Assembly: GCF_009914755.1 (NCBI RefSeq)
Contig: NC_060931.1
Strand: one strand, 5' to 3'
DNA: 64,000 bases
Source of the DNA: the human T2T-CHM13v2.0 reference genome, Homo sapiens
Positions 40,753 through 52,752 of this stretch are shown one piece after another. Numbering within the stretch: position 1 is the stretch's first letter; each line of letters opens with the position of its first letter. The notes beneath the pieces were generated by a model that had not been told where the DNA came from, searched no databases, and saw nothing but the letters and a program-made list of their open reading frames with translations. Made by a program: the position numbers and the translations under genes.

Positions 40753-43199
40753 TTCAAACAGAGCATGTAGGGAAATGTGCTTCATCTCATGAATGTATAT
40801 ATTAAAATAGGTCAGGTAGAAATTTTCATTAGAAGAAGACGGTCAGCAAATGTATTAAATGTCCCTTGTGTATAGAGAACACTATATTAGACATTACAGA
40901 GCATATAAAAGAAGGCAAGGAGCTGTCCTTGAGGAGCTGAGATAAAAAAGAGCTCTGTGTGATGGGGTTATTTCAGAGAGAAGTTTTCGCCAAGAGATTA
41001 CTGTAATCAGTTTTCCCTTAATAAGAGGGTGATCTGAGGTCACCCACACTGCTCACAGTAATGCTCGCTCAAAGGCTAACACTTCTAGTCCCCTGTAAAG
41101 AAGCATCCTAAGGGAATAGTGTTGGTTCCTTCACTTGTCTGAATGTGTCTTGTGTTTGGGTAAATTCTATTGAATCATTAGCTGAAAAAGAAATCACTGT
41201 CACAAATGGAAATAAAAATTACTTGTTATACATACAAGCACAGACATGAAAAAATATTAAATCTCATTGTATTCAACCATCCATAGACCAAAAGGAGGAG
41301 ATTCTTTTGGCCACTTTCCATGTAAATAGTTATTTGATCAGATTCTAAAAATGGTATATTCATGTCATTAGTCCAGTCCACATCACAGAATTTGCCCTTA
41401 CACAAATGGCTCACCATCAAAAGGTCTCTCTCGCTTTGCTAGCAGTGAAGGTTGGGAAAGGACCCTTTTTGCTTCTCTCCATCTTTTTACCTGTAGACTA
41501 AGGATGGGAAGCCCTGCAAAGGTATGCCAAGCCTTCACTTAACGCCTGCCATAACAGTTGTCCTTCAGAATTGGACAGTGGGAAGAAGGGCCAAGGGGCC
41601 TGGTGAAGCCCATTAAGAGAGTAGACCCCTGGAGGGAACCTTGTCTTTGGAAGCTGAGGCAGTGGATGGGTGGTCACAGGAGGGACTGGAGACCCCACAC
41701 CATGCAGTCCTCTTTGCACACCTTCTTCCACAACCCTGGCTTCCTATATGTACATGTGCTTTCTAGCAACTTATATTTATTCAGTGTCTACTGTGGCAAG
41801 GACTCTTATTAGACACTTTTGTAGGGGGAAACAAAAGCAAATTAAGCATAGAGCATGTCACAGTGAGTTCTCAGTGTGGCAGGGATAAGAGCTGTTATAG
41901 TCACTATAATACAAGACAGAAAGTGACAAGTGCAATCAGAAAAATGTGGATAAAACACTATGGGATTTCAGAGGACACAGTTGGCCTTCAGTGGGGAGTC
42001 TGGGGAAGTCCTTTTGGAAAGGGTAGCATTAGAATCAGAATGTAAATGTTGGTGAAAATGTAGATATGTTGAAAGGATGCTAGAATATTCTAAAGAACAG
42101 AGCAAGCTACCAAGGTTAGCAGTTAAGTATGTCACAGAAGAGATGTTGTAGGATTTGTGGAGGGGAGTGTAGGGAAATAGGATGAGCTGGGTACATTAGG
42201 ATCAGCTCATGAAAAACCAGCAATGCCAGGACACAGTTAAGCTATGGAGAAGCATGGGTGGATTAGGAAGATTGTTGTAGAGCGATGTGTAAGGTGGACT
42301 GGAGAGATAACAAGGGTCTGAGTTATGTGGGGAAAGAAAGGTAGGGAGAGGCCAGACTCAACCAGTATCTGAGATAAAGCATTTGTCAGGACTGATGGCA
42401 GGATGAGGCAGCACATGGGTGTACCGAGGCAGCAGGACACAGTGTTGAGGAGCATGGGCGCTGGACACAGATGCTTTGTGTTCTAGCCCTGGTTCTGCCA
42501 CTTAAACCAGGCTGCATGTCCTTGGGCAAATTGCTTTACCTCTCAGTGCCTTGCTCTCTTCATCCAAAAGAATCGGGAATAAAAATCTTGCTCCTCACAC
42601 CCATATGCTGCAGATTAAATGAGTTAAGTGCCTTTGACACATTCTAACGTCCTCTGACACAGCGTAAATTATTGTGCTCAATAGCTTAACGTAAAAATTG
42701 GGTGTTATTATTGAAGGTCATGAGAGGATGAAATGGGAGGATGAACTTTTGAACCAAGTTAAAATCATGGTGTTTACCAGGAATAAAGAATTACACATGG
42801 GAAGGAGTGATCTTTGGTTACTCTTCACAAGGCTGCTTGGAGGGACTGCAGCATGGGGCCCTTGTTTGAGTAGAGGACAGGACTGCCCATCTACATAAAG
42901 GCCCAGTTATCTAGATCTTGTTTTCTAGTTCCTAAAGCATTAATTTTACTGTCTGGCATTAGCTGCATTAATCTTCACCAATGAGTCAGGAGTACTCCCA
43001 AGACATCAGGATTTCCCTGCTTCTTTTCATGGGGAGACCTAGGATCAAAGAATTAGGGTCATGGGAGACCATCAAACAGATGATGCTTTTAAGAGGAAGG
43101 AGGCCATTTTCATAGGCTTGGGCACTAACAGAATGAACACTGAAGATGTTTTATTTAAAAGAAAAGCAATTATGATGTTTTGATTTTAGGTAAGGAATA

Positions 43200-43987
43200 T
43201 TGTCTTGTCTGTGTGGGTTTGAGCAGAGTTTGTTCGTGCAGGAAGGACAGGAGAGACCGGGGAGTGTCCTGAGGCAAGACATCCTGCCTCTTATTCTGCA
43301 ACTATGCAGAACTCAGAGTGGAAAAGCTTTGCTCTCCTCTGATATCCCATTTGGTGCTCAGACTGTTCCAATGTAATGCATGCATAAGAATAAAAATTAA
43401 GCTTTCAAGTGCTAAGGCAGATTTTTAATAAAGAGACATAGGCTTTACCCCTATAAGATTAAACAGTCATCAGGGTTTAAAGGTTTAATCTGTTGGAGCT
43501 CAGCCCAGGATGGGGTTCAGAGCCCCAGATTAATTGGATGCAGCCTCAGACTTTGAACATCAATGCTGGCTGGGGGGTGTGTGCGCTGGTGTGTTTGAGT
43601 GTGAAATGTGCTAATAAGGAGGAGAGACCTCTCCTTTGCAATGTGCTGCGGCAGGAGAAAGCAGGCTGCCGGCCCCTGCCTCCCTGAATCCTCAGTGGCT
43701 GACTGGATACCGCTTCTGGGGGTTGCTGTGCACATGAATGTTTGCTATTGTTCCAGGCACACGTCGGCCTTAAGAAATAGCACAAAACAGGCCCATCCTT
43801 ATTCAGAAGCCGGGCCCCCTCCATCACTCAAACTGGGCCTTTCAGGTCACATGCCGGAGGCTGCTGCAGACAGGACCCAGCTGCCTCAAATCTGCCGCCT
43901 AACATAAGCTGCGGTTCGAAAATCCTGACAGCACAGGGCTTCCTGGGCTCTGCAGAGCAAACTGGAAAGAGCTGGGATCCAGGCACT
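43200..43987 (+). promoter_or_regulatory. CHN2: Inferred intronic promoter / 5' UTR of beta1-chimaerin
   Basis: Repeat-free, locally GC/CpG-richer sequence directly upstream of the isoform-specific ATG. The TSS cannot be determined from sequence. Confidence 0.55.
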
Positions 43988-44233
43988 ATGTTCTCTGAAG
44001 AACTGTGGCTGGAAAATGAGAAAAAGTGTGCTGTGGTTCGGAAGTCTAAGCAGGGCAGGAAACGCCAAGAACTGCTGGCCGTAGCCTTCGGGGTGAAGGT
44101 GGGTGTCAAAGGCGGCTTTCTTTGGCCCCCTCTCAAACTCTTTGCCTGTTCACAGATCTCCTCCCTGGTTCGAAGGGCTGCCCTCACACACAACGACAAC
44201 CACTTCAATTATGAGAAGACACACAACTTTAAG
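43988..44233 (+). CDS. CHN2: Beta1-chimaerin-type first coding exon (82 codons: 56 aa isoform-specific N-terminus plus 26 aa shared)
   Basis: Translates [82 protein letters not shown], recognised as beta1-chimaerin. A at -3 of the ATG; ends at consensus donor AAG|gtaagc (phase 0). Confidence 0.9.
44156..44233 (+). CDS. CHN2: 78-nt internal exon of beta2-chimaerin ([26 protein letters not shown]; includes first His of C1 domain)
   Basis: Acceptor ctctttgcctgttcacag|ATC at 44155/44156; donor at 44233/44234; 26 codons, phase 0-0; matches remembered beta2-chimaerin sequence. Confidence 0.9.
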
Positions 44234-46646
44234 GTAAGCAAGCCTCTGCATTCCTTCTTCTGTTACAAAAGGGCAGGTGGAAAGGTACAGTGTATAGTTT
44301 CCATCTGGTTTCTGACTGTAAAGTCAAGAGACAATGAATTCCTTTGCTTTCCACATTTAGCTATAAGCTTAACACCTGCGCTTTCTGTCAGTTCAAACTG
44401 GAGACCTCAGAAAGCAGTCTGCTCAGTGCTTATGCCTGGAAACACCTTATCTGGATGTTGACTTAGTTTTGGAGAATTGGGCCCATTGCCACTTCACGTT
44501 CCCATGTCCAGTGAAATAAACACAGAGCATGCCCAGTCTCTCTCAGTCAGAGATGTTCTGCTGAGAGCTGAGCAGTACTTTTCCACTCAGTAAAGAATAT
44601 TGCTGTCTCCGAGCAAGGGAAAACAGTTGCCTGTTTCTCGTTTTGTGTTTTGTCTTTTGTTTTCAGTGATGCTAACTCCTTTCCTTTATGCGTAGACACC
44701 TGTGAAATCAAATAATGACAGGAGATGCCATCCAGAAGCTTTTATTTGTGCTCCGGGTACGGCTAGCAGCGGGGGCACCCTTGGTCACAGCCTTTATCCT
44801 GCTCACCAGACCAAACAAAAAGATCTGGAAACCTGGTGAGGGGTTAAGTGGAATTTCCCAAGTGAATTTATAAACTGGAAAGACCGCTATCTTCGTTTCA
44901 GACTGGTACTTGTAGAAGGGGCCTGCCATCAGAAAATTATGGCCTGTTTCCTTTGCCCAAGTGTTTTCCAAGAAGGGCTGGAAAGGGATGCTGCTGCCAA
45001 ATTGTCTAGCTTGAATTGCAGTTGAGAGGAGGAGAGACAGGTTAGAGTTAGAGGCTTCACCCCAAAAAGTGAGCTGGCAGTTTGAAAGTTGGGGAGAGTG
45101 GAGATGGAGGATCCAGGAAGAAAACAACAGGCAGGAGAAGCAAAATGTGAATTGCTTTCTTTTAAAAAAATTCTTGTTTCCTTTAGGGTCAGTAACCCAA
45201 GTGACTCTTGGAATTAGATAACCCTTTTGTCAGAGGTGACGAGGGAAACTGATTTTATTCTGTTGCTTTCCGATCCTTTCTGAGGACAAATATTCATCTA
45301 TTAAATATACATTGGTGTTAGTTTGGTCTGTTTCCCTGCATCTGTTTTTAGAAAGCCAGCAGCTCAGGCATTTGCATGCTATAATTGAACTGAGGAATGG
45401 AATTATACAGCCCTACATACTTAGCATTAGGGTGAAGAATTGCATTGCATAGGTCCTCTTCTATGCCAAAGCTTTTCATATTTCTCCCGTCACTGAATAT
45501 TGACAGGTCTAATTTGGAGCATTAAATGCCTCCCGTTTTTTTTTTTTTTTTTTTACTCTGTTTTCCATTTTTATCCTCATTAATTTTTTTTGGCCTTAAG
45601 AAAGTGTTTTTTTGATTTTTAGCAGAAATCCTTGATTTTTTTGCATCCTGTGGATACACTACTAGTGATGAGAGGATGGATCTTCATGGACTTGTAAATT
45701 CTTTTTCTTCCTCTTGAAAATTCCAATTCATTTGGCGTTAAGAAATTGGAATTATGCCATACTATAATATGTTTGCATGGAGTAGCTTGTCCATGTATAT
45801 TCTGTGTCTGAGCTTGTGTTAAAAACACACAAATATACATAGTTGATATTTTCAAAACTAATTTCAGTCCTTTTAATGTTAGATCCCTGAATGGAAAATT
45901 AATCTTAAGACATTTTAAAACTAAAAGATAATTAAATCTTATTTTTTAAGTAGTACTGTTGCTAACACAATATATTACTTATCACTGGAAAACACCAGCA
46001 GCTCTTCTAATATTTGTTTAAAAACTCAAAAGCTATTCACCGTTAACAGCTCTTGAAAGAAGAAAAGGCACAAAATAGAGAAGCTGTTCAAGAGGAGTAC
46101 ACAAGCCAGACAGGAGCGTTTCTCTTCCATGTTTTAAACAGACATCTTTGAAACTTAGCAGACCTCAAGTAGCTGTGACAGTTGATTGTGGCATTCGATG
46201 GTACTGTTGGTGCCACTGTCCTTAAGAATGAGTGGCAGGGGCCAGATGAGGCATCCCCTTTGTCCTTCCTTGCCCTTTCCACCCTCAATCTCCCCACTCC
46301 TCACCCGCAACTAACTCTAGGTGGAAACTTTACATGGTTTTTGGAAGAACATTCAAAAAGCAGGCTCAGGCTATAAATACAGTGGCAGGTTTTTAGGGAC
46401 AAGCCACTGAACTGAACTAAAGGAAGAAAATTCTTATCCTAGGTCCCTGCCATCTGCTTGGAATTTGTGTTTCAGACCTTAATTTTACATTAGCTTTTTA
46501 TTTACATTAACTTCTAATGGGCTTTATTCAGAAGCCTTCTTGATTTGTAATTCGGGTTAATATTTGAGGCTACTATGTGCATAGCATATAGTAAGCAGTC
46601 AATAAAAAGAACAAATAATCACATTTTCATGCTCATCAGATAATAG

Positions 46647-46986
<340 letters not shown>

Positions 46987-48167
46987 TGCACTTTTTTCTA
47001 GAGGCCTCCTACCTGACATTCAAATTTGCCAGTAGAGTTTCTCTTCTTACCCCATAACAAGATTGTTTGCCCCAGTCAGAACTATTACCCCAGGTAAAAA
47101 GCCCTTTCCTTTGCTCTGCCCAGGAACTTTGTCAAGAGGAATGAATAGAAACCCCCAACATTCCCTAAGTTGGGACCTTGCGCTCTATTCTCTCAGAAAG
47201 CTCACAGTCACTGCCTTTGCTTCTCAAACAAAGCTTGTCTAAGCAAAGTAAAATTCGGCTCTGAGAACAAAAGCTTTGGGAACCAAAGGACAGTTGGCGC
47301 CTCATCGCATGCAATAATTGTATACTTTTCAACACTGTGTGCTGATGCAATCTTTGCTTATTTAAAGCCTGGATTTCCTAGGGTTACTTGTACCTACTAG
47401 GCACTGAGACGTATTTGTTGGAGGAATGGTGAAATTAACAGACTCCTCTCTAAAATGAAAACTGTTTGTCAAGAGAAAAACCACTCGGTTATTTAGCTCA
47501 TTTTATAACTGCATCTCTGTTTATCTAGTTGATTTAAGGAGGCACTCTGCTGTAACTGGAACAGCTCTCTTTTGAATGGTCCACCCTAATAATACCTTAT
47601 GGCTGAGCTCTGAAAATCTTCAGGCCAGCCAACCCCAGAGGCCCGGCAGTCGGCTTGCTCGGCTTCCTGCCCACACTTAGCACAGTGCTGAGGTAGCTTT
47701 AGCCCGCATAGTACTCCTGGCCACACCATGTTCTTCCAAAGAGCTCAGCTCTCTCTGCCTCAGTTCCCTCATCTATAAAATGGGAGTGTTGGGAGGTTTA
47801 AAGAATACATGCAAGTCACTTATCGTGGTCTCTGGCACCCAGTAAGTATTCATTTGATGTTAGCATCTATTATTATCTTTTTGTGCCTCTCACTTGTATT
47901 TTTGTATCTAGCTTTTTCAGTCTTTTATTTTCTACCCTCTCTTCTTCATGGCTTTTTTTCTTTTGTCTCTTTTCTACCATCTCTTTCTTCTTCTCTCATT
48001 AATTATATGTAAGAGAAAATGAAATAAAGCCTGATGGTTATTTCCTTGAATGTATTCCATCCTGTAGCCAATACTGGTTTATACCCCTCGTTTGTTTAAA
48101 AAGTAAATGGATGACTTAGATGATTTAGATTTAGATTTCACACATTTTTCTCCTAGCTTTTAAAAAG

Positions 48168-48617
48168 TACTTTCTATTAAAGCTGTCATAACAAATGACC
48201 ACAAACTTGGTGGCTTAAAACAACACAGATTTATTTGCTGGTGGTTTTGAAGGCTGGGAAGTCTGAAATCAAGGTATGGGCAGGGTTGGGTCCTTCTGGA
48301 GGCTCTGAAAGAGAAACTGCCCTGCAGCTCTCTCCTAGCTTCTTGTGGTTGCGGCAGTCCTTGGCGTTCTTTGTCTTGTAGACACACCACTCCAATCTCT
48401 GCCTCCATCTTCATATAGCCTTCTCTGTATGTCTCTGTATATCTGTCATCTTCTTATAAGGTTGCCAGCCATGGGATTTAGGGCCCATACTAATCCAGTA
48501 TGATGTCGTCTTAATTATATCTTCAAAGACCCTATTTCCAAATAAGGTCATATGCACAGTGACCCAGGGTTAGGAGTGAAGCACACCTTTCGGGGGATAT
48601 ACAATGCAACCCGTTAT
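48168..48617 (-). mobile_element. MLT1B/C-like solo LTR
   Basis: gctgtcataacaaatgaccacaaacttggtggcttaaaacaaca...gaccctatttccaaataaggtca. Confidence 0.85.
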
Positions 48618-49111
48618 AGGAACTGTAATTGACATTTTCAGGAACCCTCAATAGGAAGGATCTCTAGCCTCACCCTAAAGGATGCATTGTCAGTAATGTT
48701 AAAGTTTACAGTTTCATTAAAGATTTTTATGTCCATGAAAAAAGGTCTTTAGATGTAATCTAATTGCTCCTAAGTGTCAACCCCTTGGTCCAGGCATAAC
48801 TGCTGATTTCCATGGCTATTGATTTTAACATCTGTAAAGAAAAGTTTTCATGGATTTTTCTTATCAGTGCTTCATTGCTCTGATAGAAAGTGGTGAAACT
48901 TAGTTATTCTTTGTCTCTTATCTTTACCAAGCATTTCTTCATTAAAAGAGGCACCAAAAAAACTTTAAAATAGCTGGTGAGCTTCCATTTTTAGTAGCAA
49001 GTTGAAAGTGTCTATTTGCTGTAGCTGGTTCATATTCAGAGTATGTGTTATACTTTATAATCAAATTTATGATGTAGCTATTAGTTCACACTAATATGTG
49101 TGATTGATTAT

Positions 49112-49282
49112 GCAGGACTGGGCAGGTAATGTGTGAGACCTAGTATAAAATGAAAATATGAGGTTCTTGTTAAAAAAAAAAATTGAGACTTTCAAAACTA
49201 TGACAGCAGCACATTAAACCATGCTAAGGACAGGGCTCTGTGCAACAGCGCAGGTCACATGCTCCCTGAAGCTGACCCTGTG
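49112..49282. mobile_element. MER91-like
   Basis: aaaatgaaaatatgagg...gacagcagcacattaaacca...ctgtgcaacagcgcaggtcaca...gctgaccctg. Confidence 0.5.
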
Positions 49283-51072
49283 GTGATGTATAAAAAAACA
49301 GGAGTAAAAGACAAGCTTCTGTGAGCATTCAAAGAGGAGGGGGCTCCCTAGTGCTGGAGATCCTGTGTAAGAGACAGTGTGGTTGTTCTCTCAGCCTTAA
49401 CCAAGAATCCTCGTGGGTAGGTGGAAAGTTGGCTGAAGCCCAAGTAGATAAATAGATCAAGGATGGTTATACAGGGGAAAGAAAGAGCACCCGGGCTATG
49501 CAAACAACAGGAGTGAAAACTTGGAGTCAGAAATGTGCCAGGAGCGAATAAGGTGCAGGGGAGAGACCTCGGGGACAGAAAGGAGTCCATCACATTTAAA
49601 TCATCAGTTGGGGTGGGCCAGATGGTGGAAAGATGATGATTCCTGGGCCCTGGAGCCATCAGAGTCTCCTGAGCAGGCCCTTCCCCCACTCAGCCTGCTG
49701 CTTCTGTTCCCAGCCTCTCCAGTCTGCATGGGGATCTGCATCACTCTTTCCTGCCAAATTCTCTCCCACCCCCATGCACTTCCAGGATACCCTTCCTTCT
49801 TCCCGATATGGAATATGGATGGAGAGCAGAGGCCCAGAAAGTTCTAACCCCCCTCACTGTGTGTTCCCCACTCCCTTTCCACCCCCCTTCCACCTCCTGC
49901 CCAGCCTGTACCAGCTTCCCTTTTCTCCCTAGCGCTGATCACCAGCTGACATCGTACATATTTATGTGTGTGTTTGCCTGCCTTCCCCTTACCAGAGGGA
50001 AACTCCCGATGGGAGGGGGTGGGGAGAGAGGGTTCGTGGAGTGGGGATTTTTGTCTGTTTTATTGACTGCAGAAACCCCAGTGTCTAGAACAAGTCCTGG
50101 CCCACAAGCTGTTCATTCACGTTGGCAGAAAGCAGGGGACCGTATCTCCCTACAGTTGAGCTTTCGGAGCCCTCTCCTCACTCCCTGCCCTGCAGTTTGC
50201 CCTCTTGTGCGGCTTGTGTGTTGTATGCACCTGTGTTCATTGTACTAGAGTCCTTCCACGGAGTGGGCCCTTGCCAGGGTCATCAGATGGCGCAGGAGAG
50301 ATGGAGGCCCTATCAGGATGTGTCGGGCCAGCTCTCAATCCCCATTTGCCAGGGATGGTGACTGTGCAGTGCTACCCCGTGTCTGATCCATGGGAGCGGG
50401 CGGGTAAGGGGGAGGAGGGATCTGTCCCAGTTCACTACAGCTGTCCTGTGTGGCGCCTTTCAAAAGCATCCCATCAGGACGTAGGGGAAATGGTTGCCCT
50501 ACTTACTCTTATATGTCCCCCACTCTGCTGACAGACTGAGGATGCACCAGGAGCACCCCGTTCCCATGGCACACCCCATCGCGTGTGCTCTTGTAGCATG
50601 CTCCTTCTCAACATGCAACCCCCACCCCGTGCTATCCTGGAGGCCAGGACTAGAAGTTCAAGAAGCTGAGAATATGTCCCCACGCTCCCACTAAAACACC
50701 TGTCCAGGACGTGGCAGCACCACCACCTCCCAGTTTGGATTTGAGGCTCCTTGATGATTTCTAGGCCTTTCATTCATTTTTGCATTCTTCTCAGTCTAGT
50801 GGTCATTTGCTTTGGAAGAAGACTTTTTGCTTCCCGCATGCAAGCCCCTCTCTCTTCCTCTTCCCCCTTGACCTCATAAAAGTGTGTCAGCCCTTCGTGT
50901 CATTCCCAGCATTTTGTCTGCCTTGCCTTCTTATCAAGCTCCCAGGTGTCTATCACCCTTTTCTGTCCATCTGATGCTACTTCTGTGCCTGGAGAACAGG
51001 GATGGCTGGATATTGCACCTGCAAATTGACACAGGCAGAAATTGGCTTCAGAATGGTTGGGGGCTTGTTTTG

Positions 51073-51107
<35 letters not shown>

Positions 51108-51493
51108 TAAGTTAATAATCAGAAAAGGCTGTTTTGCCAGAAACAAGTCTGGAAAGAAAATTCAAAACAAAGGCAAAACTCATCACCTTAAATATAAAAT
51201 GAGGGACTCAAAGTGAGACTGGAATAAACAGGTTTGGAAATATATGGCTTTATTAAAAAAATGTTGTTTCTGCTCCCAGAGTGCTATGAAGAGGAGTTGT
51301 TTTTGTCTACCTCCTAATTCAGCCTGCTCCACATTATAATGATTACAAAGTCCTTGTTTTCAAGTAATATAACCCCTGGAAACTATCTTAAGCTAAATAG
51401 ACTATTATACAGGATGGTCTCATAAAGCCTCCAGGGAATACTCAGAACTCAGGGACGGGTGGAAACAGGAACTGGGAGTATACCTGGAGCCAG

Positions 51494-51643
51494 TTTCTCC
51501 CTCTCTTCCTCCTTCCCTCCCTCCTTTCTTCTTTTTCTCCTTCTAACTCCCTCCCTCTTTCTCTCCCCCTCCCTCCTTCCTTTCCCTCCCTACTTTCATT
51601 ATCTCTTCCTTCCTCTGTCTCTCCTTCTCCCTCTCCTTCCTCC
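51494..51643. repeat. ~150-nt CT-rich low-complexity tract
   Basis: Direct read; almost purely pyrimidine on the + strand. Confidence 0.9.
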
Positions 51644-52521
51644 AGAGGCATCCAGTAGAGGCCAGGTGTGCTACTAAACGTCCAGGACAGGCCACCACAA
51701 CAAAGAGTTGTGCAGCCCTAAATGCCAGTAGTGCTGAGACTGAGAAACCTCACTACTGGCAATGGGGAGCCACTCGAGGTTTTTGAGCAGGGAAGTGTCA
51801 AAAGGATGTGGGTGTCGATGTGCTCATAAACCTGATCAAAGTTAAGTAGCATGAGGACATCTTACTTTATGCAGTGGGGAGACTCCCAGAAAGCTTTGAG
51901 ACAATCAATATTTTAGAAATGCAATCCTATCTTAAACTAGGGCAGCTGCTAATGAGAAGTCCAGGGATCTGTGGTGCCCGGTTTGAGAAACTCAGCTCTC
52001 CTGCCCCATCTCCTTGGCCAGCCTTTCAGAGGGAACTCAGAGTGTCTGTCATAGATTGATTCACCTCTGCTGTGTTTTCGTACATCTGAAAAGGGTCACT
52101 TCAAGGTTAGGACTTCATCTGGTCTTGCAAAAGGGGAGAGTTCAAAGTTTAACCTAATTTTTCATATGAGATGAATGTCACATGGTTGTGGGAAATACAG
52201 TAAATTATAGGAAAAGTCCTTGGCAGAGATCTGGAAGCCTTGACTGTGCTGCTGACCTGGGTGACGCAGGATAGGCTGCCTGCCCTCCAGCCTCTCAGTT
52301 AACCCTGGGCAAACACTAGACTAGACCTCCAGAACCCAGCCACATGTAGCTGGAAGGGACTTTAGCTCTCTCTTCTGTGAACATAAAGTAGCTAAACAAA
52401 CAAACAAACAAACAAACTGCCTCTGACCCGAAGATTCCTTTTCAAAGCAAAAGAATAAAATTCTGATTTTTAATATGAATAATAAAATGACAAATTGAGG
52501 CAATAAGGTTTCCATCTATAC

Positions 52522-52752
52522 CACTGCTTCTCAATAAAGGAAACTTCACCCCCCCACCTCCCCCTGACCCCTGGGGGACATTTGTCAATGCCTACAGATA
52601 TTTGTGATTTGTCCCAGCTGGGAGTGCTACTGGCATTTAGTGGGTGGAGGCCAGCGATGCTGCCAAACATCCCACAATGTACGAGGCAGACCCCCACAAC
52701 AAAGAATTTTCCAGCCCAAAATGTTAATCAGTAGTGCCGAGGCTAAGAAATC
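52522..52752. mobile_element. MER20 (a partial second copy lies at ~51645-51752)
   Basis: gggggacatttgtcaatg...gtgctactggcatttagtgggtggaggccag...cccacaacaaagaatt. Confidence 0.8.

Noticed and set aside
44234-44461. ORF track extension of the beta1 ORF to 157 aa
   Set aside because: Read-through into the intron past a consensus donor; chimaerin similarity stops at FK|V.
49348-50773. Dense overlapping ORFs on both strands
   Set aside because: Explained by locally higher GC; no domain or splice structure.
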